DNA from: Thermodesulfobacteriota bacterium | GTDB taxonomy: Bacteria; Desulfobacterota_D; UBA1144; Nemesobacterales; JAJCZQ01 | Assembly: GCA_965203965.1 (NCBI GenBank) | Contig: CBDBDR010000015.1 | Location: forward strand, 32,001 to 96,000 | Reading direction: 5' to 3' | DNA length: 64,000 nucleotides | In this document: piece by piece, positions 26,101-39,000 of the stretch | How the letters are laid out: every line of letters starts with the position of its first letter | How positions within the stretch are numbered: the stretch's first letter is position 1 | The notes under the pieces: generated by a model | What the model was told of the DNA's origin: nothing | The model's database searches: none | The model's input: only the letters and a program-made list of their open reading frames with translations | Translations under genes and position numbers: made by a program

Positions 26101-29100
26101 TGATGCAAATCGAATTCAATGTGCATATAATGTACATTGAATTCGCAATTTTGCCATAGTATAATGAAGGGCCTTAAATGGGTGCACACTGCTCACTTCA
26201 TACTTGTTTACTCTTTCCCTATCTAGGTCGTTCTGCTTGATTTACAGCACAATGAGCTGACAGAAATACCTCGTTGTATCCTTGAGCTGCCTAGTCTAAC
26301 CAAACTCATCCTCTCCCACAATCATATTGTGGAATTGCCTGATATACATGAGTGGTCCGCTGGTCTGACAGTACTAGATTTGGCTTTCAATGAGCTAAGT
26401 AACCTCCCTAATACAATCGTAGCTCCCTCCATCAGGACACTGAATATCAGCGGCAACAAATTTCGCTTCGTTCCACTTTGCATCTGCTCGTTTACCAGCC
26501 TTCAATATCTTGATCTCAGTGAAAATGTTCACATTCGCTTTCTTCCTGTTGAAATGGGTCGACTCTCTAATCTTACTAAGCTAGGACTGAAGGGTCTGAA
26601 ATATCTCAGTGATCCTCCACGTAATGTTCAGCGTGATGCAAGAGACTGTGTTTACTACCTCAATAGCAAGCTTCGCAGTGCTAAAAAATTTTATCGCATG
26701 AAGCTTATGCTTATTGGCAAGCAAGATCGAGGTAAGACAACTTTGGTAACTCGACTGCTAGGCAATGAGATCGTGGGTCCCAACCAGTCTACGGTAGGTG
26801 TAGACGTGAGCGAGTGGAATTATGGTGGTATTGGCAAGCGCAAGTTTCAGTTTAGTATCTGGGACTTTGGTGGTCAAGAAGAATACTATGCTACTCATCA
26901 GTGCTTTCTCTCTGAGCGATCTATGTACCTCCTTCTTTTCAACCTCAAGCACGGAGAAAAAGGAGTTGAGGAGCTCAAACCATGGCTTGACAACATTGTC
27001 CTCAGAGCACCACGTTCCTGTGTCATCATTGTTGGTACTCATCTTGATGAAGTGGAAGACTCAGAAAGGCCACAGATCGACCAACTTCTCAACAGTGTGG
27101 CCACTCTTGCCAGCAGCTATGGCAACAAGCTGCAAGTTCCTGAAGTACTGCCTGTTGGTCTTGTGAACAGGCTAGAGAACATAGGATATCTTCGTGAGGC
27201 AATATACTTACATGCTTCTGAGTTTAAGGCTCGAGGAAACCAGCCAATTATGGGACAAGAGATTCCTGCTAGCTATTTTCAGCTCAACAAAGAATTGGAG
27301 AAGATACAACAACAAGTGAAAGAAAACAAGAGTGAGCCAATCATGCATGCCGAGCGCTTCAAGGATCTAGTTCAACAACTGAAGCTCCCTGATATCCACA
27401 GCGATGGAGAGCTGCGAACAGCCACCCTCTTCCTCCATGAGGTAGGAACTATTCTCCACTATGATGATCGAAGTCACAGCTTAAATGAGCTATATTTCGT
27501 GGATCCTTGCTGGCTTTGCGACATGATGTCAAAAGTTGTCAGAAGAAACAACTTTGTCAAGAATGGAATTCTCCATAGTATGTACATACCATTTCTTTAT
27601 CGTGAGAAACAATTTCCCTGGCAGTACTTTGAGCAGTATATCACTCTTCTGGATCGCTTTGAAATAGCTCTTCCACTCGACAACAAGCGAGTACTTATTC
27701 CCTCCATGTTGCCCATTGAGCGTCCAAACGATGCTGATCTATCTAGTCATCCAGATGGCCCTTACTACATGCGCTACATCACGTTTGCTACTACTGTTCC
27801 TCCTGGATTCTGGAGCCGACTTATCTCTCATATCATGCACACTGTGCCTGAAGTGTACCATGCTGTTGATGTGAAAGCTGCCTTATCAAGTGATGAGGAG
27901 GCTATGGCATATTCTTATCCTGGAACACCAGATAAAAAATCAGGCGACTTACTTATGGATTCTTCTGAGGGCGTCTCTTCTGCTGGACTTCAATCTCCCA
28001 AGGCACAGTCTCCTTTGTCTTATCCTTCTACTCCCGGTAGTCAACCTACTGTTCACCCACCCATTGTTTTGCCTAATATCAGTCGCATTATTCATGATGA
28101 AGACTTTGGCGATGTCAATCCCGAAGACATCAAACTGGTGTACTGGAGAGAAGGACTAGTGTATGATGGACCTACAGTTAGTTTTGCTGTGGAGTCACTG
28201 ACAGGATCAGGGCATAGATCAAAATCTGGTAGACAAGGTGTGCTATTAAAGGCATCTCCTACTGGGAAAGGCACCAAGACTATCTGCCTCTTGGTCGACT
28301 TGGTATTGGCACTTATTCATGACTGGTATCCAGGCCTGAACGAAAGTACCTTTGCCGGTGCATGTGGTGTTGAGCAACGCATCCCTTGCTACGAGTGCCT
28401 CAGAGAAAATCATAGTGATCCTTTTGAGTTTGAAATTGAGCAATCACGTCTACATATAAGTAACAATCAGATGCAGATACGATGTGGATACAACACAAGA
28501 GATGATTCAGCCAATCATTTAGTCCAATTAAGTGACATTGTTCCAGATATGCTCTTGAGAGATCTTGATGATGTATTTCTCCTTAAACATTCTGAAATCA
28601 AGTATCAAGAAGATGCCAATTCTTTGCTAGGCGAGGGTGGCTTTGGAAAGGTGTATCGAGGCAAGTGCAGAGATAAGAGTGTTGCTATTAAGAAGTACAT
28701 AGTGAACAGCAATCGTCTTGAAGATGCTTTCAGTGAGCTTCGAGCAGAAGCTCTTGTTCTTCAGAAGTCTCATCATCCGTGTTTAGTGTGTCTTGTGGGA
28801 GTCTGTGTTCATCCTATGATGGCACTGGTTCTAGAAGAAGCTCCCATGGGATCTTTAGAGAAGTACCTCATTAAGAAACCAATACCAATTTCTCGAGTTG
28901 TGATCTATCGCATGGCAGCTCAGATTGCAGCTGCACTAAGGTTTCTTCATAATACAGGGTACATCTATAGAGATCTGAAGGCAGCAAATGTGCTTGTTTG
29001 GTCACTAGAGCCTGAGTCTTTGTGCCACTGCAAGGTAACAGATTTTGGTATCACCACGCATCTCTCTCCAGTTGGAGCACTTGGAATTCAAGGAAACAAA

Positions 29101-30660
29101 TGGTTTATTGCTCCAGAGGTTCTCTACATTGGAAAGAGGAAGGCTGTTTACACTCACAAGGCTGACATATTTTCTTTTGCAATGTTGCTGTATCAGATGA
29201 TTGCTCGTCGCTGTCCTTTTCATAATATACAGCCAGTGAAGATTGATACGAAGGTTGTGAGTGGAGAGCGTCCGAACATTGTTGATGTCCCTTTCGCTGA
29301 CACTGGTTACTTTTTCTTGACCTACTTGATGAAGAAATGCTGGGAAGACAGACCAGAGTTACGACCACAGACCAGTGATATCATCAACAAAGTGTCTGGA
29401 ATGGTCATGCAGTCAGTGATGGCCATACATTCAGTGAACAGTCGCTTCTCCGTACGTAATTGCTGTTGTGCAACATTGTCTTGCAAATCTGCTCAATTCC
29501 ATAGCAGTAGCCAATTCAGCGAGTCTTGCAAATTCAACAGTAGGAGCCTATTGGGTGAGCTTTGGGTTTGTTGTGATGGGACTGAAGGAACAGAATTTAT
29601 CATTTACAGCACTAGAATGGAAAATCTGGGCAAGATACTCATCAAGAACAATCAAGTGCAGTGCATGTGCGTGTGTGGAGACCATGTCTGGGTTGGATCA
29701 CGAGCTGGCATTGAGTACGGAGTGATTGATATATTTTGCAAGACGTCACATGAGCATGTTCATAACATAAAAATGACTAAGTTGGTCTCCTGCATCACCT
29801 GTTCTGACTCAACTGTCTACCTCGGTACACTTGAGGGCTACTGTTTTGCTTTCTGCATGGATATCAAGGCCATTCAGTCGAATGCTCGTCCACGATATAA
29901 GTACATCTCTGAGAATGCAGTAGATGGTATTGCTGTGACTAACAAGCATGTATGGGTGTCTCACACTAAGCTGATATACTTCCTCAACCTTGAAACACTG
30001 CAAATGGAACACTCCTGGCACCGACAAGGGAATCAAGATGCGTTCATTGGACAGCTGTCATGTTCAAATGATGGAAAGATCATCTGGAGTGCTCATCTTG
30101 GAGGAACAATATTATCTGCTTTTGATGCACATGATGAGACCCACTTGTACGATATCAATATCCAGCAAGAGTTCATACGTTTAGTTGGGAAAGGAATCCA
30201 CTCAGAATATGATATCATAATGACAGCCGTAACTCCAGCACTAGACACAGTGTTTGTGGGCATGGCAACAGGTCACATCGTGGTATTCCATGAGCAACTA
30301 GTAATGATGATTGCTCGACCATACACAGAGTATGTGAGGTTCCTTTGTCCGATTTTATCAGAAGGCCCTTGTCAGACAGAAAAATGCATGGTCTTGGCTG
30401 GAGCTAAAGGATTCACCAGCCCTTTACCAGAGTACGATGTTGTTCTTTCTACAGCCGACTCAGAGGAAGAAAAAGGACATCAATCAGCCGGTGTACTAGT
30501 GATGTTTGAAGCTTATCCTGGCCCAATGATAAAGCAGATGAAATGTCTTGAGGATGATGAAGGAGGCTATTTGTCATCACACACTAATCTCGCCAGAATG
30601 ATTCGTAGTCAGCACTTCAAAGATGCTACTCATATCCTTGATTCACCTACGCATGTTTGA
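23184..30660 (+). CDS. LRRK-like Roco kinase copy 2, lacking the ankyrin exon and C-terminal tail; exons 23184-23232, 25084-25670, 26227-30660
   Basis: Exons near-identical to copy 1. A short exon (MARYFSFKKKDSNSLQ, G|gtaag) splices in phase to the 25084 acceptor (EKIQETEDEDRIKNEELEK). The first exon is inferred. Confidence 0.85.
23815..24042. mobile_element. Short non-autonomous element: inverted-repeat pair followed by a long terminal hairpin (Crypton-like, tentative)
   Basis: IR ttagaccacagc (23815) / gctatggtctaa (23881); imperfect palindrome 23896-24038 with centre cctcgctacactcgg; ends tctaactattat. Confidence 0.6.
24059..24208. mobile_element. Tc1/mariner (pogo/Tigger-like) MITE
   Basis: TA-cagtgaaacccctct ... 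agaggctccactg-TA: imperfect TIRs with TA target-site duplication. Confidence 0.7.
25709..26174. mobile_element. Possible degenerate Harbinger-like MITE in the LRRK copy 2 intron
   Basis: aggcc..ggcct ends flanked by TTA/TAA; internal aatgcgcatt motifs shared with the 17543-17962 element. Confidence 0.4.
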
Positions 30661-30901
30661 AGATTAAAGTGCTTACAGATTAATTACATCAATACCTGAA
30701 GAAACTTGCACCATAGTTACAAATATCTTTAATCCTCATTTTAGTTTATTGATCGTCATAATAATTATAATAATGATTTCACAGTATAAACAAATTTGAC
30801 ATAGGTCTTGTGAATAGTTACATGGTATGCAGTTTAGATCAGTAGTTCAGACTTAGTAGTGGTAGTGAGTATTTACAAATTGCATGTAATAAAGTACTTG
30901 T

Positions 30902-33900
30902 TTAGTTATTAATCCTGTCAGCCATCTCATTCTCTTCCATCCGTTTTAGAGCAGCTCTCAACACACTCCATGAGGGCACACCTTTCTGTGATACAGTGTC
31001 TTTCTGTTGCAGCCAAGCTACCAGCATCTTTAACTTGCACTGTGAGATATTTCTATGCTGTTCTTCTGAAATTCTTTCCAATGTGGGATAGTGCAGGCCC
31101 AACTTTAGACCAAGGTTCATCCAGTCATTCAGATCTTCTACAATTTCCAACACATCACACAGATCATTAACAGCTGTGAGTGAAAAAAAAACAGTTTTGT
31201 GATCTAAAGTCTGTTTCAAAACATGACACAGATGCCAGCATTAGACAACAAGGCTTATGACACTGCATGATAAAAATTACAATCTAATCTTAGTATTGAT
31301 CAGCATAATGTTTGTTAGAAGCTAGCACAAGCATCATATTGTAGCCAGGTTTTACTCACAGAGTGTGTCACTGCTAACAGCATCAGGAGCTTCTGGTGGC
31401 TCTATGTCCTCTGCTTTCAGTTCTGCTACTTCCTGTACACACATACATAATACTACTGCACATGTCATTAGCAACAGTGCTCACCAGAGGATTCCTACCG
31501 GCAAATATGCTTTGTTTGTTCAGGCAATCTCTCAGTTCCTTATGGTCTTGTGGTTTCTGCTGGGCCTGTTGGAAGTACCTGAGTACTTCCTGAAAGAGGG
31601 AATCTAGAACAGGTTGGCTAGCCATGGTTTCTTTGAAGAGCTGGCAGACAGATGAGGGTCGTAAGAGATAGTAAGGTTCACAAGATAGAGCATCACTTGT
31701 AAGAAACTTGTTTCTTCCTTCCTTTCGATCCAAAAGAAGCTTATGCTGAAGAAGCATCGACTTTGCTACTGTAGGCATATCAAATAGGTCGATATCAGGC
31801 AAGATGTCAAAGGGATAGCGGTCTAGTAGAGAGGGAGAGATTAGACATTCACATGTGCTCACAACACTGCACAGCTGCTGTTGGAGGTCAAGGATCATCC
31901 TAATGACACTGCTAATGATCTCTGCTGCTTCTGTACTTTTCTCAGACACCAGCACAATAACCCAGCGATTACGATCCACAATCTCTACTACTGTGGACAC
32001 ACCAGAGACGCTCTCCCAGCTAATTCCATTTCTCCACACCATGCATTGTCGCTCAAGACCACGTAGAGAAGAAGAGGGAGAAAGATGCTTACTGGCCAAA
32101 GGAAATGTGAACGCTAGTCGAAGGAGAAGGATATGTAGAAAACGATTACTGAAAAATTGATGAGGGTCACTGCATCCCAAACACCAGCCAAACCTAGGAG
32201 AGAAGAAAATATCAGGTCGATGCTCTTTAACTAAACTTGGGAAAAAGAGATGGCTTGCTCCTAATGGTGATGGTATTAGTGATCCTAAGTTAGTTCCTTG
32301 AAGTGCTGAGGGGTCTACTGGACGACAGAATTCCATGCTCTCAAGACAGCCCACTAGCATCTCTGAACTATACCGAGGGAAAAACTCTTCTAGGGCTGTA
32401 ATAGGTACTATTCCAGTATTGCTGGAGAGAGATCGGCGATACTGCTTAAAATTGTTGGGAGCAAATAGTGTTCCATTGACGTCTCTCAGTAGCGTCTCTT
32501 TCTCTACAACCACCCAGCTAGACTGGGGACGTCCCTGGTTAAGCACAAAGATAATGAGGCCTTTATCACAGAGGAAGGTTAGTGACTCTATCAGTATAGT
32601 AGAGTCAGGAGAAGGAAAATCTTTGTCTGAAGCAAGAGAAGAGGCCAGCTCTTGTACTGTGCAACTTGACTTCCCAAGCTTTGTTCGAAGAAAAGCATAC
32701 AACACATGACAGTACAAACTCATGCTGGGCTGGGATGATAGTATGGCTTGTTGACTGGTTGAGAGGAGAGAACGGAATTGACGTGCCTCTTTGGTTTTTG
32801 ACCATCGGCAATCCATGCTAACAAATCCTCCATATGTCAGCTGCTTCATTCTGCTCTCTGCTATGCTCTCCACTAGTGAGCTCTTCTCCTTGATTTCTCG
32901 TGGTGACTTGACCAGGTCAGCATGGCTGCCAACTATGATGATGTGTGATGATTCTTTGGCTGAGGTGCAGGCATTCTCGATAAAACTCATCCAGTAGTGT
33001 ACAGACTCACTGATCTTCTCCATGCACTGGCTCATATCAACAATATTAACAAAAATAGCAGCAGAATTCTTCATGACACGTTCTAGTACAGCGGCATGAC
33101 TAGAATAGTACTCTTGCTGGCCAGCGAAATCATATAATACCATGTTACCAACCTCCTCCACTTTGCTTTCGATATGAAGAGGTACGATTCCAGCAGTGAG
33201 GCATTCTACATTAGAAACACGACCTGATGATAGAACTGAGAAAAACCCAGCCTCTTTAGCTGTGGCTAAGAGAAGAATAAGCTGAGATATGGTGGTTTTT
33301 CCTGCTCCACTGTATCCAGTTAAGATAACTTTTGTGATAGCGTGTACAGGGAAGTCCCTCTTGTATTGTGGAAATGACTGAAACAGTTTCAGTATATCAT
33401 AACTGTCATCATGTTTACTCGCATAGTCTAGCGGAGTTTTTCCAAACTTGTCCTCGGCCAGAGGGTCTACTTTACCAGTTGACAGTAAGTATAAGATAGT
33501 GTGTGTGCAACCATTGCAACAGGCTCGATGAAGTGGTGTATGACCATTCTTGGTCTTACATGATGGGTCACAGCGTACCTCACTGATGAGATATTGGGTG
33601 ATGTTGAGATGACCAGAATTACAAGCAAAGTGAAGCGGCGTATACTCATCATTGTCTTTAATCATTGGATCACAGTGTTGTTCATTGATTAAGTACCTTG
33701 TTATCTCCAGGTGACCATTGATAGCGGCATAGTGCAGAGGAGTGCTTCCATTAGAGTCCCTAGAATTGGCGTCGCACTTGTAATTGGCTATCAGTTCAAT
33801 GACGAGATTCACCCAGTCGTGGGCAGCTGCCAGGTGGAGCAGGGAGACGAGACTAGCAGCCCACCAAACTACTGGAACATTGATCGTTATCGTTCTGGCG

Positions 33901-34025
33901 CCAGCTGGTTGTCGTGTTTGTGGTAGTAATCGCTCAGCGTCTAGTTTGTTCCCTCGTTGAAAAGCTACAACGCATTCTCTTTCTAATCGTTCTTGTGAAT
34001 GCTGTGATGACGTTGCTGTAGACAT
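30902..34025 (-). CDS. Ankyrin-ROC-COR-Death domain Roco protein (DAPK-like architecture without a kinase); exons 34025-31485, 31432-31360, 31173-30902
   Basis: TPLH ankyrin repeats; ROC GYSGAGKTT, DFAGQ, VGSHAD; COR-like region; in-phase splicing to a Death domain DWMNLGLKLGL..ML.AWLQ..PSWSVLRAAL. Confidence 0.88.
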
Positions 34026-34134
34026 CTAGACAGCTTGTACTTGCTGGGAAGGGAGCTAGCGGGCGTGTAGCTCGGCGGGAGGGGCTTGTGACCGATTCGT
34101 GTACTCGTTCGTGTACGTGACACGTGACATAGAC

Positions 34135-35906
34135 ATGTCGGTAACAACTATCAGTAATTCTAGCGGTCCCTCTCTATCTCCGTCACTTCAGTCGGAGCCT
34201 CTGTTACGGAAATCAAGCTTCCCGATGGGTAAGATGCAGCATGATTATACATGTAATATGTATCGTGCTCCAAGCTGCATGCATGAATGTTTGGTAACAC
34301 CCACTTAATTTTCTGCAGGACTGATGTTGTTCTAGGCTACAAAGACTTAGAAGGTAAATTTGCTCTGCAGTGCAACAACTATAGGTTCTCTTTTTCTCAG
34401 TATACAAGACCAATCCTTTCTACCTGGGATGCAGTGTAGGACGAGTGACCAACCGCACTGCTGGAGCCCAGTTCACGCTGGATGGTAAAACCTACAAATT
34501 GACTGCAAATGCCGGAGACAATCATCTACACGGTGGAATAGATGGATTTAACAAAGTGCATATGCTTTTCTGTTACTCTAATAATTATGATTTTATGTCT
34601 CTTAGGCTGATTGGAAACTGGAGAGTCGCACAGAAACATCGGTTACATACAAACACACTAGTCCAGATGGTGACCAAGGTTACCCAGGTACACTCACGGC
34701 TCATGCTCGCTACTCTCTGTGTGGGTCTAATGACATGTTGGTGGAGTACTGGGCTGAGACTACTGCTCCTACTCCTGTCAATATGACTAACCATAGCTAC
34801 TTTAACCTAACTGGAAAGGTATGTATAAAGGTTTAACTGAGCTACAATGTGTGCAATACTGTTAGGGTACTATAGAGGACCACATACTAACACTGAATGC
34901 TGATACCTACACTCCTCTAGACCCTAAGGATCTAACTGCTACTGGTAAGAACGATAGTGCATAGACATGTGCACCAGTATAATGTGTAATTTGTAGTATT
35001 GGAGCACTTTGTAAAAAGCAAGTTGTGCATAGTAATACCAGGAGCGTATAAGGGGAAGGAGCGTTTAACTGTTGATAACGAAATCTAAAGTCTGCCGCTT
35101 GCGCTCAAAAAGCTTCCTTATAAGGAAGGTTTTTGCTGGCCGCATATGACGGTGATCATGGCTCTGGCTGAATGCTCGCTTGTTTTAGCTGGAAACGGGC
35201 AGGACGAAGCGTGGATGAACATATTATAGGTAGGAAATAGCGAGCAACAATGCACAAAGAAAGGCCCAAGTTCCAAGTAGCAACAGCGCATGGTGGCAGA
35301 CTAGCAGTTGAACGCTCCTTCCTACGCTCCTGGTAATATGTATAGATGTCATGCATTTTTGCAGTGTTTATAGTGGTGTTTGTTGATTCAGGTGAAATTG
35401 CTCGACTGACTGATCCAATTGATTTCCAAAAACCTCGTCGTGTTGGGGAGAAAATGAGTCAGGTTGGAGAGCGAGGCTATGATCACAACTATTGTCTCAA
35501 GAAGACTCCATTGCTTGATGGAGATAAAGATCTTCACTGGGCTGCTACGTATGTGAAATGTGTTATTGAAGTTTCTTCACTCTGCGTTAATACAGGCTCA
35601 AAGATCCCAACTCCGCGCGGTCGCTTCAGATCTTCACTGACCAACCTTGTGTGCAACTGTATGTTGGTGGTTATTTGGATGGAGTAACGCTTGGGAAAGA
35701 TGACTTACCAATACAGCCTCATGCTGGGCTGTGCTTGGAGACGCAGCATCATCCCAATGCAGCCAATGAGGTAACAATAAATCTATATGCAGCAACAACA
35801 CACTATTATTGTTACGATCTCTCTCGCATAGCCTGCTTTTCCAAGCATCATACTCAAACCAGGTGATAAGTACATCAGCAAAACTCTATGGAAGTGGAGC
35901 TGGTAA
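34135..35906 (+). CDS. GALM: Galactose mutarotase (aldose 1-epimerase), multi-exon; apparent frameshift near 34168
   Basis: [52 protein letters not shown]. Confidence 0.9.
35030..35340. mobile_element. MITE-like insertion in a GALM intron
   Basis: Perfect 13-bp IR taccaggagcgta (35036) / tacgctcctggta (35323), extending to gaaggagcgtt / aacgctccttc with an indel; intron is ~450 nt versus a typical ~50. Confidence 0.55.
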
Positions 35907-36051
35907 ACCCAATGACAATAATTATTACATAATGTAAAAGTGTGAATTGACTAAGTCAAGTTTTTAGTGATTCTAATGAACACAAGAGATTATTTGAATT
36001 GCCTGAAGTTAAAAGCCTGTAATAAATTTCAAAATGAACTAAAAAATGTCA

Positions 36052-39000
36052 CTAATACACACTCAAGATGAGAGAGAAGGTGAAAGACAGGCTTTTCATA
36101 TCGATAACCATGTTAGAGCTGAGTTCTGGCCCCACTGCTAGTACTAGTTCCTCCAGACGAGTCTCCAGTAGTTCTCTTTGCTTATCCTCTAACTGGTAGT
36201 TCTCCACTAACTCACGGAAGGGCAGGTATCGCTGATGGTTCAGACAAATGACCACACTCCCAACGTCAACACTGCTGGAACCAGTCAAACGCTCACGACG
36301 TACTCTATCCAGTGACAAGGCATCGCCAGGACAACATTCTTCTTGACAGCATTTTTCTTGACAGCTTTCCTTACTACAACAGGGCTAGACTGAAAAACAT
36401 TAATAAATGTTTTGATCTCCACACTATCTGTCTGATCGGTGGCTGTGTCCTTTTCTTGAGCTTGTCTCCATTTCTCTCTAGCCTCTTCTTGAGCTTTCTT
36501 GACTCCATCCAGTCCACACACCCAATCTGTGACAGTACAAGGACTATAGAAGTCGCCAGGAGTGTAGTTAGCTTTGTAACTGAGCTTGTGATTGCTGCCA
36601 TTCCACCCTTGCAGGTAGTAGTACTTGATGTTGGGGTTGCGTTCACTTAGTTTCTGTGCAAATTCGATCTCCTTTAGAGCAGAGTAGACTCCGAGAGACA
36701 GTTTCTGCATCTCCTTGCTCATAGAATACCACATGTACAGGCTCACCACTCCGTTAGGGACAATATCGATTAGTCCAACAGCAACTAGCTTCCCATCCAG
36801 CCGATACAACTGGTGATGGGTCCCATACTCGATCCCATCAATAGTCTCATTTCTGATCGGGCTATTTACAGTATGCTGTGCATACGAGAACTCTGATTTG
36901 GATGGTTTGTTATGTTTGTGTTGATGGTATTCGTTATAGAGCTCAAACGACTCTCTCACGAACTGGGTAGGGATGGTTTCAATGGTCATACTGTCTGGCA
37001 CTTTCTTGAGCACTTTCCGATAGCTTTTACGGGAACGATGGTTGAACTCTGAGAGGATCACTCTTGTCTCCCAGTCACTGCAATTCAAAGAGTGGTTATA
37101 ACGGAATCGATACATCTTGACAGCTCCTCTGCGGTACCAGCCATTGTCAATGAGACATTGGTATTGGTGAGGGGTAAGACCATGTGGTCTAAAGACTAGC
37201 TCTTCTGAGTGATCATCACTTTCACAATTGCTGCAGCTTGTGTGGTTGTTACCACATAACCTTCCAACACGAAAAAGCGGTTGATCAGGTGACAGGCCTA
37301 GCTTAGAAAGCTGCTGCTTGTCTGTTTCTGAGAGAAAAGGAGCAGATGGATGTTGTGCAACCAGGAACCTCTCGTCATCTTGAGGAAGAAGAGTGAGTGG
37401 AATGCGAGTGATCAACACACTGTCATTATCTATGGGCAAAGGAGCTCCTGAAATTACCTCAGGCCATGTCAGACTGTCCTTCAATGCACTCAATAGTTCT
37501 TCCTCTTTGTCTTGGCTAACAGATAAAGTGAAGAGAGCGCTTTTCTCCAGTAGTGTGACTGCCCATCTTTGGAGGTCAGGATTGGCTCGAGTCAGACGAT
37601 CGTTTTCTATCTTTTTCTGAACACCTCGAACAAAACCAAGTTCTCTCAGTCTCACAGCATTTATGTCTAAATCAACTGCTGCAAGGCTAAGCAAGACCGT
37701 GTAGCCAGCAACTTTGGCATCACCGGTTGAATTGAGTATCTCGTGAGCAGTTCTTAAAACCGGCATTGTCAGCACATAGCACTTATTAACTAGTGCCATG
37801 AAGCCAATCGAGGCTATTAAACCTAGAGACTGCCATACCAGATCCGCAACATTTGCTCTAGTGTGAAGTAGACGAAGGAGAACACTAACAACTCCACACT
37901 CTGCAAACATACGCTTGGCAGAGTCTCCTGATCCAAGAATGCGCAGAACTCGGCAGCAAGCACCAAGAGTAAGAGCATCAGTGTCAACCATGCGTTGATC
38001 AAGAAACGTAAACAATTTCTCATGGAACTTGTCATCCAATATACCTTGTTTATAGCATGGCTATTTAGTGCTACATTGCCGATGGCATGTATTGATGAGC
38101 GAGTGATCTGTGGCTCATAATGACTGCTAACCAATGAGTAGAGTTCTTGCATGTATCCCTGCGAGTAAAGGAGATCAGACAGATTCTTGTCGGCTGTAAG
38201 ACTCAAAACAATTCGACTGAAATGTCCAGCATATTCTGTAGCCTCATTGTCGTCATTAGACGACCGCATACCCACCTGTTGGGCCAGAAGAACAATCATC
38301 GAAGGCAGCTTAGTAATGGCAAAAGATGTAATGTTTTGCAAATATGTATGATACAAACGAATGAGTACAACGACAAGATTAAGAGTGACCGACCGAAGCT
38401 CTCTTTTCAACTTTATTGTTGACAATACATTGACTACCTTGGTATGAAGATCCAAGTCTAGCACTGCTTGAGCCAATTCTTTGCCATTGATGACATGGAT
38501 TACAGAGTGCACTGTAATGACTAGCAGGCGAGTTTCGTGCTGAAGATCGTCAACATCTGAAAAGATCTTAGAAAATATTGTTTCAAGAAATGGTTTATTG
38601 ACAAAGGTTGGTGGTATTCCATTCTTGAAAAGCCGAACAGTGGTGGAATAGATTGCTAAACGATGCTCAGAAGTGACCAATTGATTTTCGAGAAGATTCT
38701 TGATAAAACAGACATGGTTGTTACTGTAAAACTTTTGCTTTAGCTTTTCATTTGCAGAATTAACAGTGAAATGACCGCGAACAAAGAATGGCAAGGAAGC
38801 TAGATCAGGAGGGAATTGTGACGAGACAGAGTCAATGGCAGCACAAGTAGGAAGAATGCATAGAGTGGGCCACTTTTCTGTTGCTTCTTTAAGTCGACCA
38901 ACAATATCATACTGCATCAATAGCTCAATTGTTGGCTGTTCTTTTATATGAGTACACAGCAACGCCAAAAAATTGGCTATTTCCAAAAGAATTTCTTGAT

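Noticed and set aside
18441..30184. Short alternative-frame ORFs repeated in both LRRK copies
   Set aside because: Their conservation follows trivially from near-identical DNA; they are shadows of the main CDS.
36600..37260. ATE-like region as a horizontally acquired bacterial Bpt or a contaminant
   Set aside because: It has the eukaryote-type CxxC and YGxxHQxYxLDGK motifs, spliceosomal introns at its 5' end and animal neighbours. A phylogeny would still be needed to settle origin.
36285..38045. Programmed ribosomal frameshifting in the ARM-ATE gene
   Set aside because: No slippery heptamer at the junctions, and the paralogue at 1-935 is in frame at the equivalent 36329 site; simple indels explain it better.
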